From the IMG/VR virus record IMGVR_UViG_3300020352_000015, positions 1 through 34,213 of that record: 34,213 bases of DNA. One strand, 5' to 3'. This document shows positions 7,360 through 15,670 of the stretch, piece by piece (position 1 is the first letter of the stretch; each line of letters begins with the position of its first letter). Below the pieces are notes generated by a model. It worked only from the letters and a program-made list of their open reading frames with translations, was not told the origin of the DNA and did no database searches. The position numbers and the translations under genes are program-made. Origin of the DNA: a virus. Lineage: Duplodnaviria > Caudoviricetes.

Positions 7360-8331
7360 TTATTTCTCTTTAATTTGTCTTTCGAATTCTCTTAGTCGTT
7401 TGTATACACTCGCCAATTCAATAATAGTTGGCCAAGCCTTTAATAGATACTGCATAGAACCCTCTACTCTACCGAATGCCCGAATAATTTGTTGCATTAC
7501 GCCTAATGTGACAGCGCCGGCGACTATTGCAGGAGCAAGAAATACATATGCACTCAAGACATTTGCTTGAAGATATGCCACTCTACCCACATTAAAGTAT
7601 AGGTATCTTATATATGATTTGAAATGGATGCCTCTGACATCTTGAAACAACTCATTAATTGTTTTAGGCCGGACAGTTTCATCATCCTCTGCAATAACAA
7701 GGATCTTACGATATGCTGCTTCTTTCTTCTGTAAGTCATATTCTACGCCAACTAGACGAAGCAACCAACCCAATCCAACTAAAAACAAAGTACCACCAAT
7801 GCTCCAAATCAATGCACCTGTCACGAGTCCGTATTGCCAGTCACCAAAGAAGAAGACAGGAATACCTATGCTCAGTCCAAGTAGAATAGGCACAAACTGC
7901 ACTAACACCATAATAGATTCTATGAAACTAGTTCCAAGACTTTCCATAATTCGACTGAATTTGATTGTGTCTTCCTGTACCCTCTGAGCGGCACCTTCAA
8001 TTGTACGTGCCTTGTCGTATACAGAGTGATACCATTCTACCATGGCAGTTCGCCATCTGAATAAAAAATGTGCAGTGAAAAAACTAATTGCAACTGCGAT
8101 TGCAACATATATTGCGGCAAGGTATATAAAACTACCTAAACTAGCCCAATATTCTGTGATTGTGATTGCATTAGGTTCTCCCAATGCTTTTTGGATCATG
8201 TCATAAAACTGTCCAAACCATTCATTTATTTTTACATCAATTTGTACTTGTACCCAAAGTGATGATAAGATTATTGCAGAACCAATCCAACTCCATAATA
8301 ACCACTTCTTTTCAGTATAAAATCTAAACAT
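7360..8331 (-). CDS. sbmA: SbmA/BacA-like inner-membrane peptide transporter
   Basis: Multi-TM; INEWFGQFYDMIQKAL, FRWRTAM, IEGAAQRVQEDT, QKKEAAYRK and IELASVYKRLREFE motifs. Confidence 0.9.
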   Translation of the reverse strand: MFRFYTEKKWLLWSWIGSAIILSSLWVQVQIDVKINEWFGQFYDMIQKALGEPNAITITEYWASLGSFIYLAAIYVAIAVAISFFTAHFLFRWRTAMVEWYHSVYDKARTIEGAAQRVQEDTIKFSRIMESLGTSFIESIMVLVQFVPILLGLSIGIPVFFFGDWQYGLVTGALIWSIGGTLFLVGLGWLLRLVGVEYDLQKKEAAYRKILVIAEDDETVRPKTINELFQDVRGIHFKSYIRYLYFNVGRVAYLQANVLSAYVFLAPAIVAGAVTLGVMQQIIRAFGRVEGSMQYLLKAWPTIIELASVYKRLREFERQIKEK

Positions 8332-8345
8332 TATATTTCCCTTTT

Positions 8346-8801
8346 TTAATTTTTAACGGGGCCCACTATCATATTTGGTCTGGTTGGATATAGTTCAATT
8401 CGTATTTGTTGTCCAGAACCAGACGGGCCCTCGGCCATCTCGCCAGAAATTTCAACGCCTTTCTTTGCGTCCTGTCCAGCTTCGGCCAGTTTCTTTGCCG
8501 CATCCCTTGTATATGGAAACTGATATAATCTATGCTTTTGATCTTCTTTCTGATAAATCCACAGATATATCGTTTCATTTCCTTTCATTGTGTGATGTAT
8601 GTACTTAAATTCTCCAATAGGTGTTGCTTCTACCGGCGTTCCTAAATTATCCGACACCCAATAGATAAATGCAGACAAAAAGAATACAGAAAATGGTAGT
8701 GAAACCAGTTTTAGTGTAAAGTCTAATTCAGAGTAGTATATCAATATTGCGATTATGATACACAATATGATACAAAATGCTATAACTGCCTGAAATATCA
8801 T
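8346..8801 (-). CDS. Membrane protein (2 N-terminal TM helices + soluble domain)
   Basis: ATGA-coupled to the upstream gene; two hydrophobic segments. Confidence 0.75.
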   Translation of the reverse strand: MIFQAVIAFCIILCIIIAILIYYSELDFTLKLVSLPFSVFFLSAFIYWVSDNLGTPVEATPIGEFKYIHHTMKGNETIYLWIYQKEDQKHRLYQFPYTRDAAKKLAEAGQDAKKGVEISGEMAEGPSGSGQQIRIELYPTRPNMIVGPVKN

Positions 8802-9508
8802 GGCCCGAACCCCCATTGAACACCATCCCACACCTGTTCATTTATTCTATTCGCTGGTGATATATTCATAAATGTAGGTGATACTGGCTCTGGTGTATGC
8901 TCTGCAATACCTTTATAATAGAGAGGTATCTGAACATCTGTCCTAATATCGTTTACAATCCCATTACGACTCACCAAGAATGATGCTATAGTAGTTTCTT
9001 GTCTAAATGATAGTGTGGTTTTAAGAGTAAATATATTACTAAATGGTGTCATTTTGATTAAAGTTACCTCTACTGGAACTGGATAATCTTCTCCATCCTT
9101 TAAAGGTTTGTTGTGATTATAGTTGTGAACATTGATAAAATATTCACCTTCTAGTATTGTATTTATCATGAGCGTTTCAATATTTCTGCGAATGATTTTT
9201 GGTTCTCCATCTATCATTACGAAATCGTTGCTAATACCAAGATCATCTCTTTCCAATACCATATAATTGCCATCTTTTTGTTTGAAGCTGACAATAGTTC
9301 CTTCTGGGCCCTGCACCCATAAATCTATATCAATGCTGGAATTATCAGGCCATTGAACATTTATTATGAATTCTGTCACTGGGTCTATTTTACCATCGTC
9401 TGCGATTGGATTGATTAGCAAGAATGCTATCAACAACAAACTAACAAATCCGACTAATAGATTGAATAATAGATCAACAAACCCTAAGTTTGTGCTGTAT
9501 TTTCTCAT
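8798..9508 (-). CDS. MotB/ExbD/TolR-like single-pass protein with YfaP/DUF2135-like extracytoplasmic domain
   Basis: TM helix FVDLLFNLLVGF with the conserved Asp; DIDLWVQGPEG...LERDDLG...GEYFINVHNY; no OmpA-type domain seen. Confidence 0.65.
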   Translation of the reverse strand: MRKYSTNLGFVDLLFNLLVGFVSLLLIAFLLINPIADDGKIDPVTEFIINVQWPDNSSIDIDLWVQGPEGTIVSFKQKDGNYMVLERDDLGISNDFVMIDGEPKIIRRNIETLMINTILEGEYFINVHNYNHNKPLKDGEDYPVPVEVTLIKMTPFSNIFTLKTTLSFRQETTIASFLVSRNGIVNDIRTDVQIPLYYKGIAEHTPEPVSPTFMNISPANRINEQVWDGVQWGFGP

Positions 9509-9975
9509 TACACATTGCCACCATCGCTATCCAACAATACTAGTTGAAATTTAAGAATAATTGAAGATAGTAGTCCAGTCAATGATGTTATCAAAGCAAT
9601 ACCCATTCCAGACGCCAATTCTCCGATGACAGTTTTAAGTTCTTCTGGAGTATATCCTTCAATGCTAGTGAATGTAGATGTAAGAACAATTAAGAAACCT
9701 ACTAATGTTCCTACCATGCCAATAGATAGTACAGCATCAGAAAAATACCAAAGAGGTTCGATTGAACTTTTCTTAGGAGCGCTTTCCTTAAACTGTAAAT
9801 TGTACGCATGTTTTCCAACACTGATGGTGCAAGCCATGAGGATAGTCAATATCAGTAAACTTATTTTAGTACCATCTTGTACTAATAGATAATTCGAAAT
9901 GTTGATATAGTATTCGGCGATTGCACAAAGAACCGCAACTATCACAACAGTAGTCCACCATTTCCAAAAAGTCAT
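9508..9975 (-). CDS. MotA/TolQ/ExbB proton-channel family protein
   Basis: 4 TM segments; IGMVGTLVGF and GMGIALITSLTGL motifs; GGAG RBS before ATG 9975. Confidence 0.85.
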   Translation of the reverse strand: MTFWKWWTTVVIVAVLCAIAEYYINISNYLLVQDGTKISLLILTILMACTISVGKHAYNLQFKESAPKKSSIEPLWYFSDAVLSIGMVGTLVGFLIVLTSTFTSIEGYTPEELKTVIGELASGMGIALITSLTGLLSSIILKFQLVLLDSDGGNV

Positions 9976-10034
9976 ATTATACTCCAATTCTATTTCTGGT
10001 ATTTGTGTGTCTTTTATTTAGTTTATATAATTAT

Positions 10035-10042
10035 TATAAATA
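10035..10042 (+). promoter_or_regulatory. T4-type late promoter TATAAATA
   Basis: Exact consensus 20 nt upstream of ATG 10063. Confidence 0.7.
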
Positions 10043-10062
10043 TTTCTTTGGAAGGAAATATA

Positions 10063-10860
10063 ATGAAACTAATTAAAATTATTCCTATCTTGTTTGCGTT
10101 AACAATAATGCTAACGACAACAAACACATCAGCACACGAAAATCATCCATATGATATTAGGTATGAACAAGATACCCCATGGGGCCCAATGTTACAATTT
10201 AAAGGATCTTTTGTTGCAGGATTATCCGAAGCATTTATCAATGCATTAGCAGCTCATCCAGATACTAAAATAATATCTATGAATTCGCCCGGCGGCCTAT
10301 TATCGGAGGCATATAAAGTCGGAACAGTGTTCTCTAACTGGAATGTGGATGTATGGGTGCCAAGGAATGCAGCATGTATATCTGCATGTGCCCTTGCATT
10401 TCTGGGCGGCGTAGAATATCATGTAAGTGGGCTTCTGGCATTTCACGCGCCATGGCTGCCACAATATGACGGAGAGATGAAATTACAAGACATCTATTCG
10501 CAAGGACAAAGCACAGGCGCATGGCAATCATATTATTTTGCTGCCAACGGATTTAGAGCACAACTATATCAAATGATTGCACAATATACAAATAGAGACA
10601 CATTTATTATGTTTGTGAATACTTGGGATTTAGAATACTTTCTTATGAAACCAGAAAGAACATATACCGAATATCTAGAACAAAAAGCAGTTCCCCCCAC
10701 AGTTATGCAGGGGAATGGAGAACTAATACAAGCTATCATGCAAAGAAAAACCTTAGAAGTTCTAAGGAACATGGGCGAATTTAATTATCAGGGAAGCGGG
10801 GCTAGGTTGCCTTCTTATACTGAGTTGAAAAAACGCCTTCAGTCTGGTTCAATGCAGTAA
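10063..10860 (+). CDS. Secreted ClpP/crotonase-fold protein (COG3904-like)
   Basis: Signal peptide MKLIKIIPILFALTIML...; ISMNSPGG, CISACALAFLGG and FHAPW motifs; GGAAGGA RBS. Confidence 0.7.
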   Translation: MKLIKIIPILFALTIMLTTTNTSAHENHPYDIRYEQDTPWGPMLQFKGSFVAGLSEAFINALAAHPDTKIISMNSPGGLLSEAYKVGTVFSNWNVDVWVPRNAACISACALAFLGGVEYHVSGLLAFHAPWLPQYDGEMKLQDIYSQGQSTGAWQSYYFAANGFRAQLYQMIAQYTNRDTFIMFVNTWDLEYFLMKPERTYTEYLEQKAVPPTVMQGNGELIQAIMQRKTLEVLRNMGEFNYQGSGARLPSYTELKKRLQSGSMQ

Positions 10861-11044
10861 CCATATCCTTAAACATCTTAGGAGTCATTGCAATTAAATC
10901 GTATGTAGTTTGACGCTTTTCGTCATTAAACTGTCTGATGTAGACAACATCTTCAGATATAATAAGCTGAACATCTTCATGTTCAGCTGTTTCGTCCATT
11001 ACTGTTGTTATAGTCGCATCGAACTCAAATTCATTTGTGAACAA
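10802..11044 (-). CDS. Hypothetical phage protein
   Basis: 80 aa, TTG start adjacent to the upstream stop, GGAGG RBS. Confidence 0.7.
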   Translation of the reverse strand: MFTNEFEFDATITTVMDETAEHEDVQLIISEDVVYIRQFNDEKRQTTYDLIAMTPKMFKDMVTALNQTEGVFSTQYKKAT

Positions 11045-11449
11045 TCAGGCTGCCTCCCAAGATTCGTATTCAACGATGGAACACAGGTCTTTGACTAACT
11101 GTTTACCGTAGTCGGTAAATAGGATACCCTGTTCCCACACAAAATGCTCTACATCTTGACTGTGGTAAAAGGTTTCAGAACCAACAATCCAACGAAGCGC
11201 AGTCTCACGATTTTCAGCACCCAATTCAATTACATCTTGAACCCGAACTTCAAACTCTTCGACTGCAACTTCTTCTGCAGCCTTTTCAGCTTTCATGTTC
11301 TCTTCAAGTTCGTCGCAAAGAGCATTCCACAACTCTTGTTTCTGTCTTGGAGTGCGTTCATGCCACTCTTCCATAAGAATGCCGCGAGGACGAAATCCAT
11401 AAACATCTTTATGGAGATCTGAAAAACAATCATCTGAGTAAGTAAACAT
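11045..11449 (-). CDS. Hypothetical phage protein (SDLHKDVYGFRPR motif)
   Basis: TAATG coupling at 11449. Confidence 0.8.
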   Translation of the reverse strand: MFTYSDDCFSDLHKDVYGFRPRGILMEEWHERTPRQKQELWNALCDELEENMKAEKAAEEVAVEEFEVRVQDVIELGAENRETALRWIVGSETFYHSQDVEHFVWEQGILFTDYGKQLVKDLCSIVEYESWEAA

Positions 11450-11649
11450 TATATCTGGGTTCCTTCCATCCATGCCTGTATTGCCGCTTGTTCATCAACC
11501 CAAGCATCATATTCGGCAACTTCTACTTGTTTGCGTTGCATCATGCGTTCTAAATCTGTTATCGCCATTCGTTTCTCATCAGACGCACCCTCTTGTAGTG
11601 CAATGATAACATTTTCTAGAATTTCAATCTCTTGCATTGTGTCAATCAT
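11449..11649 (-). CDS. Hypothetical helical protein
   Basis: 66 aa, directly after promoter copy 5. Confidence 0.7.
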   Translation of the reverse strand: MIDTMQEIEILENVIIALQEGASDEKRMAITDLERMMQRKQVEVAEYDAWVDEQAAIQAWMEGTQI

Positions 11650-11651
11650 GT

Positions 11652-11710
11652 CGAATCACCTTTCTCATTACATATTCATTATTACATATCTACGAGTCAA
11701 TGTCAAGGGC
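11652..11710 (-). promoter_or_regulatory. sigma70-like early promoter (copy 5) with two GANTC sites
   Basis: GCCC-TTGACA(11706-11701), TGACTCG in spacer, AATAAT -10, leader GAGAAAGGTGATTCG. Confidence 0.75.
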
Positions 11711-12040
11711 TTAAATTTTTTCAAACCCGCACATTGCAACTTCATACTTGGTGTTACCAACTAACATTTGATCTCCCATGGATGTAGAACGGAGCCCCCA
11801 TTCCTGTCCACGGTCATCAACTGGTAGGGGTGCCATAACAGTTACGTTCTCATTATAGTCACCGTTTTTACCACTAGACAAAAACTCTGATTGGATACTC
11901 CACGAACCCATCACATTATTTGTCCAACGATATGCATACTCCAGTTGTTCTTCAACTGACATGGTATCATCAACTTCAACTAATGCAACTGTCTGAGGGG
12001 TCTGGCCGAAGGCGGCGTGAATTACTGCAACTTGTGTCAT
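11711..12040 (-). CDS. Hypothetical phage protein (RSTSMGD motif)
   Basis: 109 aa, AGGAG RBS. Confidence 0.8.
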   Translation of the reverse strand: MTQVAVIHAAFGQTPQTVALVEVDDTMSVEEQLEYAYRWTNNVMGSWSIQSEFLSSGKNGDYNENVTVMAPLPVDDRGQEWGLRSTSMGDQMLVGNTKYEVAMCGFEKI

Positions 12041-12063
12041 TATATATCTCCTTTTTACACTTC

Positions 12064-12096
12064 ACTTTAACATATGATTCGGGCAATGTCAAGGGC
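12064..12096 (-). promoter_or_regulatory. sigma70-like early promoter (copy 6)
   Basis: GCCC-TTGACA(12092-12087)-17 nt-TAAAGT(12069-12064); TGATTCG (12075-12081, + strand) in spacer. Confidence 0.75.
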
Positions 12097-12100
12097 TAAT

Positions 12101-12403
12101 TTAATTAATAATCTCCATACCATTGAATCCCCTTTGTGTCCAACCACGCGCTTCTGCATGTCTACGAATAATGCGTTTATAATCCGAATTTGGCCACAAG
12201 CCTGCCTTTAAAGCATATGCTTTCATATCAGACTGTACCATAGAGGAATGTTGAGATTGAAAGGTTGTAGGATTGATTCGGGCATGTTCATCCCAAATAA
12301 ATGTATTATCATCCGATTTCATTTGATTCGTTTCCTTTTTCATTACCCTTAAAGTATAAAGGGCTGACAATCTTTTGTCAACCCTTATTTTAGCCTTTTT
12401 CAT
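12101..12403 (-). CDS. Basic hypothetical protein
   Basis: 100-aa ORF overlapping the upstream gene end. Confidence 0.6.
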   Translation of the reverse strand: MKKAKIRVDKRLSALYTLRVMKKETNQMKSDDNTFIWDEHARINPTTFQSQHSSMVQSDMKAYALKAGLWPNSDYKRIIRRHAEARGWTQRGFNGMEIIN

Positions 12404-12716
12404 TTATTGCTTCATTTGGACGTTTATCCCATTGTGGTTTGGGATTTTCCAGTTCAGCTATTCGCCTCTCTAGTTCATCAATCTTATTAGTAATTTTTGG
12501 ATATTGTTTTCTCCAAGCATCCTCTGGTTGATTGAACCAAGTCCATCCAAAATAATCTCTAATTTTATCAAGATATTCATCAAATTTCATGTACAAGTAA
12601 ATACCGGCATGGGTCGAGCGAAAATATGCAAGAAATGCTGCACCAAATAAAGCACCCACTATTGCAGTATAAATCCATAGTCTGTCTGATGCCATTTGAT
12701 AAATCATCTCAATCAT
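12390..12716 (-). CDS. Membrane-anchored hypothetical protein
   Basis: N-terminal TM (LWIYTAIVGALFGAAFLAYF), C-terminal coiled coil. Confidence 0.75.
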   Translation of the reverse strand: MIEMIYQMASDRLWIYTAIVGALFGAAFLAYFRSTHAGIYLYMKFDEYLDKIRDYFGWTWFNQPEDAWRKQYPKITNKIDELERRIAELENPKPQWDKRPNEAINEKG

Positions 12717-13437
12717 TTGCGTTTCTTTCTGTGTATCTGATGTAATATTTCATATCATGATCGTATACACCATCAAATGGTGCTTTTTTCTTGACTGCCA
12801 TCATACGGCCTCGCCATTGATCTTTCATTCTCTGCCAAAAAGACATATTTCTAATATTACCATAATAGTTTATATACATCAATTCTCCATGATGTTTATA
12901 CATCATGAATGATGGTGGCACCGATGGAACAATATCATTATTGTTTACAAATCTCACATGGCGACATGTGATATTCTTTACATATTGACCCCAACCAGTT
13001 CTAGGAGAACCAAATGTGCAGAGAAAGTTTACATGTTCTAATTTTCCTGCCGCGATAGTTGCCATTGCACCACCAAGAGAATGTCCAGTTACATACAAAG
13101 CTTTTGCGCCCCTCATTTGTTGTAGGGTTATTTCAACTCTGTCAATAATTTTTGCCACTTCAGTGTTAAATCCTTTATGAACTCTTCCAGTTTCTTCTTT
13201 CTCTGGCCAAGCTCGTAAATCTGCCTTAACGTCATTCCACTGAGAAGGTTCTGTTCCTCTAAAACATACTACAATAGTAGAAGTACTCCAAACAACATAA
13301 CATTGTGCTCCCTGATAGTCTATATATTTTACCTGTGCATATCCCAAGGCCTTATATTTCTCAGTGGCAATGTTTGGTTGGTCATATGCGATGGCAGACA
13401 TCTTTGCGAGTCTTGCGGATAATTGTTTCTCGTTCAA
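12709..13437 (-). CDS. Lipase, class 3 (alpha/beta hydrolase)
   Basis: FRGT, VHKGF, GHSLGG nucleophile elbow, TFGSPR, DIVP, DH. Confidence 0.9.
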   Translation of the reverse strand: MNEKQLSARLAKMSAIAYDQPNIATEKYKALGYAQVKYIDYQGAQCYVVWSTSTIVVCFRGTEPSQWNDVKADLRAWPEKEETGRVHKGFNTEVAKIIDRVEITLQQMRGAKALYVTGHSLGGAMATIAAGKLEHVNFLCTFGSPRTGWGQYVKNITCRHVRFVNNNDIVPSVPPSFMMYKHHGELMYINYYGNIRNMSFWQRMKDQWRGRMMAVKKKAPFDGVYDHDMKYYIRYTERNAND

Positions 13438-13439
13438 TT

Positions 13440-14552
13440 TTAACTCCCTTCATAGATCCTGTTGTGAGTGTCATGACACATGACAAATGTTGTACATTTA
13501 TTTAGTCTTTTTAACTCATCCGCGCCCACGTATGTACAAGTACTTCTAATGCCTCCTAGAATATCTTGAATTGTCTTTACAACCTCTCCACGATATGGTA
13601 CTAATACCTCTCGTCCTTCTGAAGAACGATATTCTTTAAGTCCACCAAAATGTTTATCATTTGCGGCCTTACTACTCATACCATAGAACTGTACATACTG
13701 TTTTCTTTCGATTACACGTTCACCATGTAAATCTTCTAACTGATTAGTTTCGTAAAACTTTTCGATTAATTCACCATCACCTTCATCGTGTCCGGCAAGC
13801 ATACCACCAAGCATTACAAAGTCAGCACCAGCAGCAAATGCCTTCGCTACATCACCAGAGCAAGTACACCCACCATCAGCAATGATATGGCCACCAAGAC
13901 CATGGGCAGCATCAGCACATTCAATAACTGCCGAGAGTTGGGGATAACCAACTCCAGTTTTGATACGAGTAGTACAAACACTGCCAGGCCCAATACCCAC
14001 TTTAACAATATCGGCTCCATTTAAAATTAATTCCTGTGTTTGATCTGCAGTAACAACATTCCCTGCAATAATTACAATATTAGGATATAGCATTCTAAAC
14101 TGTTTTATAAAGTCTACAAATCTTTCTGTATATCCATTAGCAACATCAATACAAACATATTTAAGTTCTTTTCCGACATTATCATAAACAGTTTTGAACT
14201 TATTTAAATCTGAGTCAGAAATACCAATAGACATTGCAACATATTCTCTTCTCTCCCATATTTTACTATTAAAGTAACTAATGAGTTCCGCTGATGTGTA
14301 TGTTTTTTTGAGACATGTCATTATCTCACCTTCAGCGAGTTTATCTGCCATTTCAAATGTGCCCACTCCGTCCATGTTTGCCGCAATAATAGGTACACCC
14401 TCAAAATCTGACGGGCAGATGTTTTCTGCGTTATAATTTCTGTAATTAAACTGTCTCACAAGAGAAACTTCTTTTCTGCTAGTGAGAGTAGAGCGTTTAG
14501 GTCTGATTAATACATTCTTATAGTCTAATTTGATATCAGGTTCAATTCTCAT
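13440..14552 (-). CDS. guaC: GMP reductase
   Basis: [55 protein letters not shown]. Confidence 0.95.
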   Translation of the reverse strand: MRIEPDIKLDYKNVLIRPKRSTLTSRKEVSLVRQFNYRNYNAENICPSDFEGVPIIAANMDGVGTFEMADKLAEGEIMTCLKKTYTSAELISYFNSKIWERREYVAMSIGISDSDLNKFKTVYDNVGKELKYVCIDVANGYTERFVDFIKQFRMLYPNIVIIAGNVVTADQTQELILNGADIVKVGIGPGSVCTTRIKTGVGYPQLSAVIECADAAHGLGGHIIADGGCTCSGDVAKAFAAGADFVMLGGMLAGHDEGDGELIEKFYETNQLEDLHGERVIERKQYVQFYGMSSKAANDKHFGGLKEYRSSEGREVLVPYRGEVVKTIQDILGGIRSTCTYVGADELKRLNKCTTFVMCHDTHNRIYEGS

Positions 14553-15123
14553 CGATAATCAACCCATCAAGCATTTGTTGTAAATTTTCATGTTGCAAAA
14601 GGTGCATATCTTCCCATGAAGCTTCCCAATCTTCTGGTTCTTCTTCACCCATTTCATCTTCATCCCAATAAAAACAGAGGCCCTGGCCTTCATATTCATC
14701 CGAATCCCATTCACACGAATCAAACTGTTCTCCTTGGTAATATACTGAACTGCCGAAGAAGTTTGGCATCTCATCTTCATATGTGACGGTGAACACTACA
14801 TTCTCATCTATCTTCGATGCTTCCTCTGACAATTTCTCATAAAAGTCATGTGGAATTCCCCACGCTGAACATGTATTGATTTCTGTTTCATATGCGTCTT
14901 GTATGTGACACCACTTTACACCAATATTATCAACATACCAACCCCTAGTGTCTGTATCCTCTTCATCTGGCCAGAATGTAGTGTGGAGTGGTTTGTAGTG
15001 CTCGTATTCTTGAGGTCGTTCATCCTCTGGATATCTGAGATTTTCAACCAATTCTTTAAACCATGTGTGTACTTCTTCATTTCCGCTGTGAAGACTTACT
15101 ATTGAGTATACATTATTTGCCAT
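14542..15123 (-). CDS. Acidic hypothetical protein, possibly YubB/DUF1281 ferredoxin-like
   Basis: [10 protein letters not shown]...SAWGIP...YEDE pattern; AGGAG RBS. Confidence 0.55.
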   Translation of the reverse strand: MANNVYSIVSLHSGNEEVHTWFKELVENLRYPEDERPQEYEHYKPLHTTFWPDEEDTDTRGWYVDNIGVKWCHIQDAYETEINTCSAWGIPHDFYEKLSEEASKIDENVVFTVTYEDEMPNFFGSSVYYQGEQFDSCEWDSDEYEGQGLCFYWDEDEMGEEEPEDWEASWEDMHLLQHENLQQMLDGLIIDEN

Positions 15124-15132
15124 ATCTTTCTC

Positions 15133-15294
15133 CTATTCTATAATTTCTTCTGTGAACTCAGATTCGTCTGGGTTTATTATTATCTTTACCGTATCTCCAT
15201 CGATAGATAGAAAGACAGTCTGCACATCATCCCAAAGCTGGGCGGACTCATCGTCTATAACTTCTAGTGTTTTAAAGTTTCCTAACCTAACCAT
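15133..15294 (-). CDS. Small acidic hypothetical protein (not in ORF track)
   Basis: 53 aa MVRLGNFKTLEVIDDE...EEIIE; fills the gap between neighbours. Confidence 0.55.
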   Translation of the reverse strand: MVRLGNFKTLEVIDDESAQLWDDVQTVFLSIDGDTVKIIINPDESEFTEEIIE

Positions 15295-15568
15295 CTACCA
15301 ACTGACTCCATTTTTTTAACTTTTCTCTCTTATGACACGATCTTACTGCCAATTCTTTATATGTTATGATATTGTGATCAACCATTAGTTCTATCATACA
15401 TTGCACATCTCCAAGTTCTTCAAGAAGTTTTACACGTTGATCTTCTTCGATTTCAGAAATATCATTATATTTGCGAATAATTTTACTACATCTTTGTGTC
15501 AACTCGCCACATTCTTCTGCAGTAATAACCATAAGTTGTTGCAATTTGTTTATAGGACTGTTCTTCAT
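15287..15568 (-). CDS. MazG-like nucleotide pyrophosphohydrolase
   Basis: EECGEL...EELGDV (EExxE / ExxD) motifs. Confidence 0.8.
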   Translation of the reverse strand: MKNSPINKLQQLMVITAEECGELTQRCSKIIRKYNDISEIEEDQRVKLLEELGDVQCMIELMVDHNIITYKELAVRSCHKREKLKKWSQLVDG

Positions 15569-15599
15569 CTAGAATCTCTTTTCTTAAATCATTAGTACC

Positions 15600-15628
15600 A
15601 ATATACTACATTAGAAATCACTTGTCAA
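15600..15628 (-). promoter_or_regulatory. sigma70-like promoter for the leftward operon
   Basis: TTGACA(15628-15623)-17 nt-TATATT(15605-15600); GATTC just before the MazG-like ATG. Confidence 0.65.
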
Positions 15629-15635
15629 GAAGCAT

Positions 15636-15643
15636 TATAAATA
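15636..15643 (+). promoter_or_regulatory. T4-type late promoter TATAAATA
   Basis: Exact consensus upstream of the structural gene at 15671. Confidence 0.75.
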
Positions 15644-15670
15644 AAAGGACAAATAATGGATATTTTTTAA

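Noticed and set aside
8798-9975. Zorya (ZorAB) defence system or flagellar MotAB
   Set aside because: No long ZorA tail, no OmpA-like peptidoglycan-binding domain, no ZorC/D/E or flagellar genes nearby
1114-15595. Short plus-strand ORFs opposite the early genes (e.g. 1114-1302, 4035-4370, 9626-9892, 14899-15105)
   Set aside because: Antisense to well-supported minus-strand genes, with no supporting motifs
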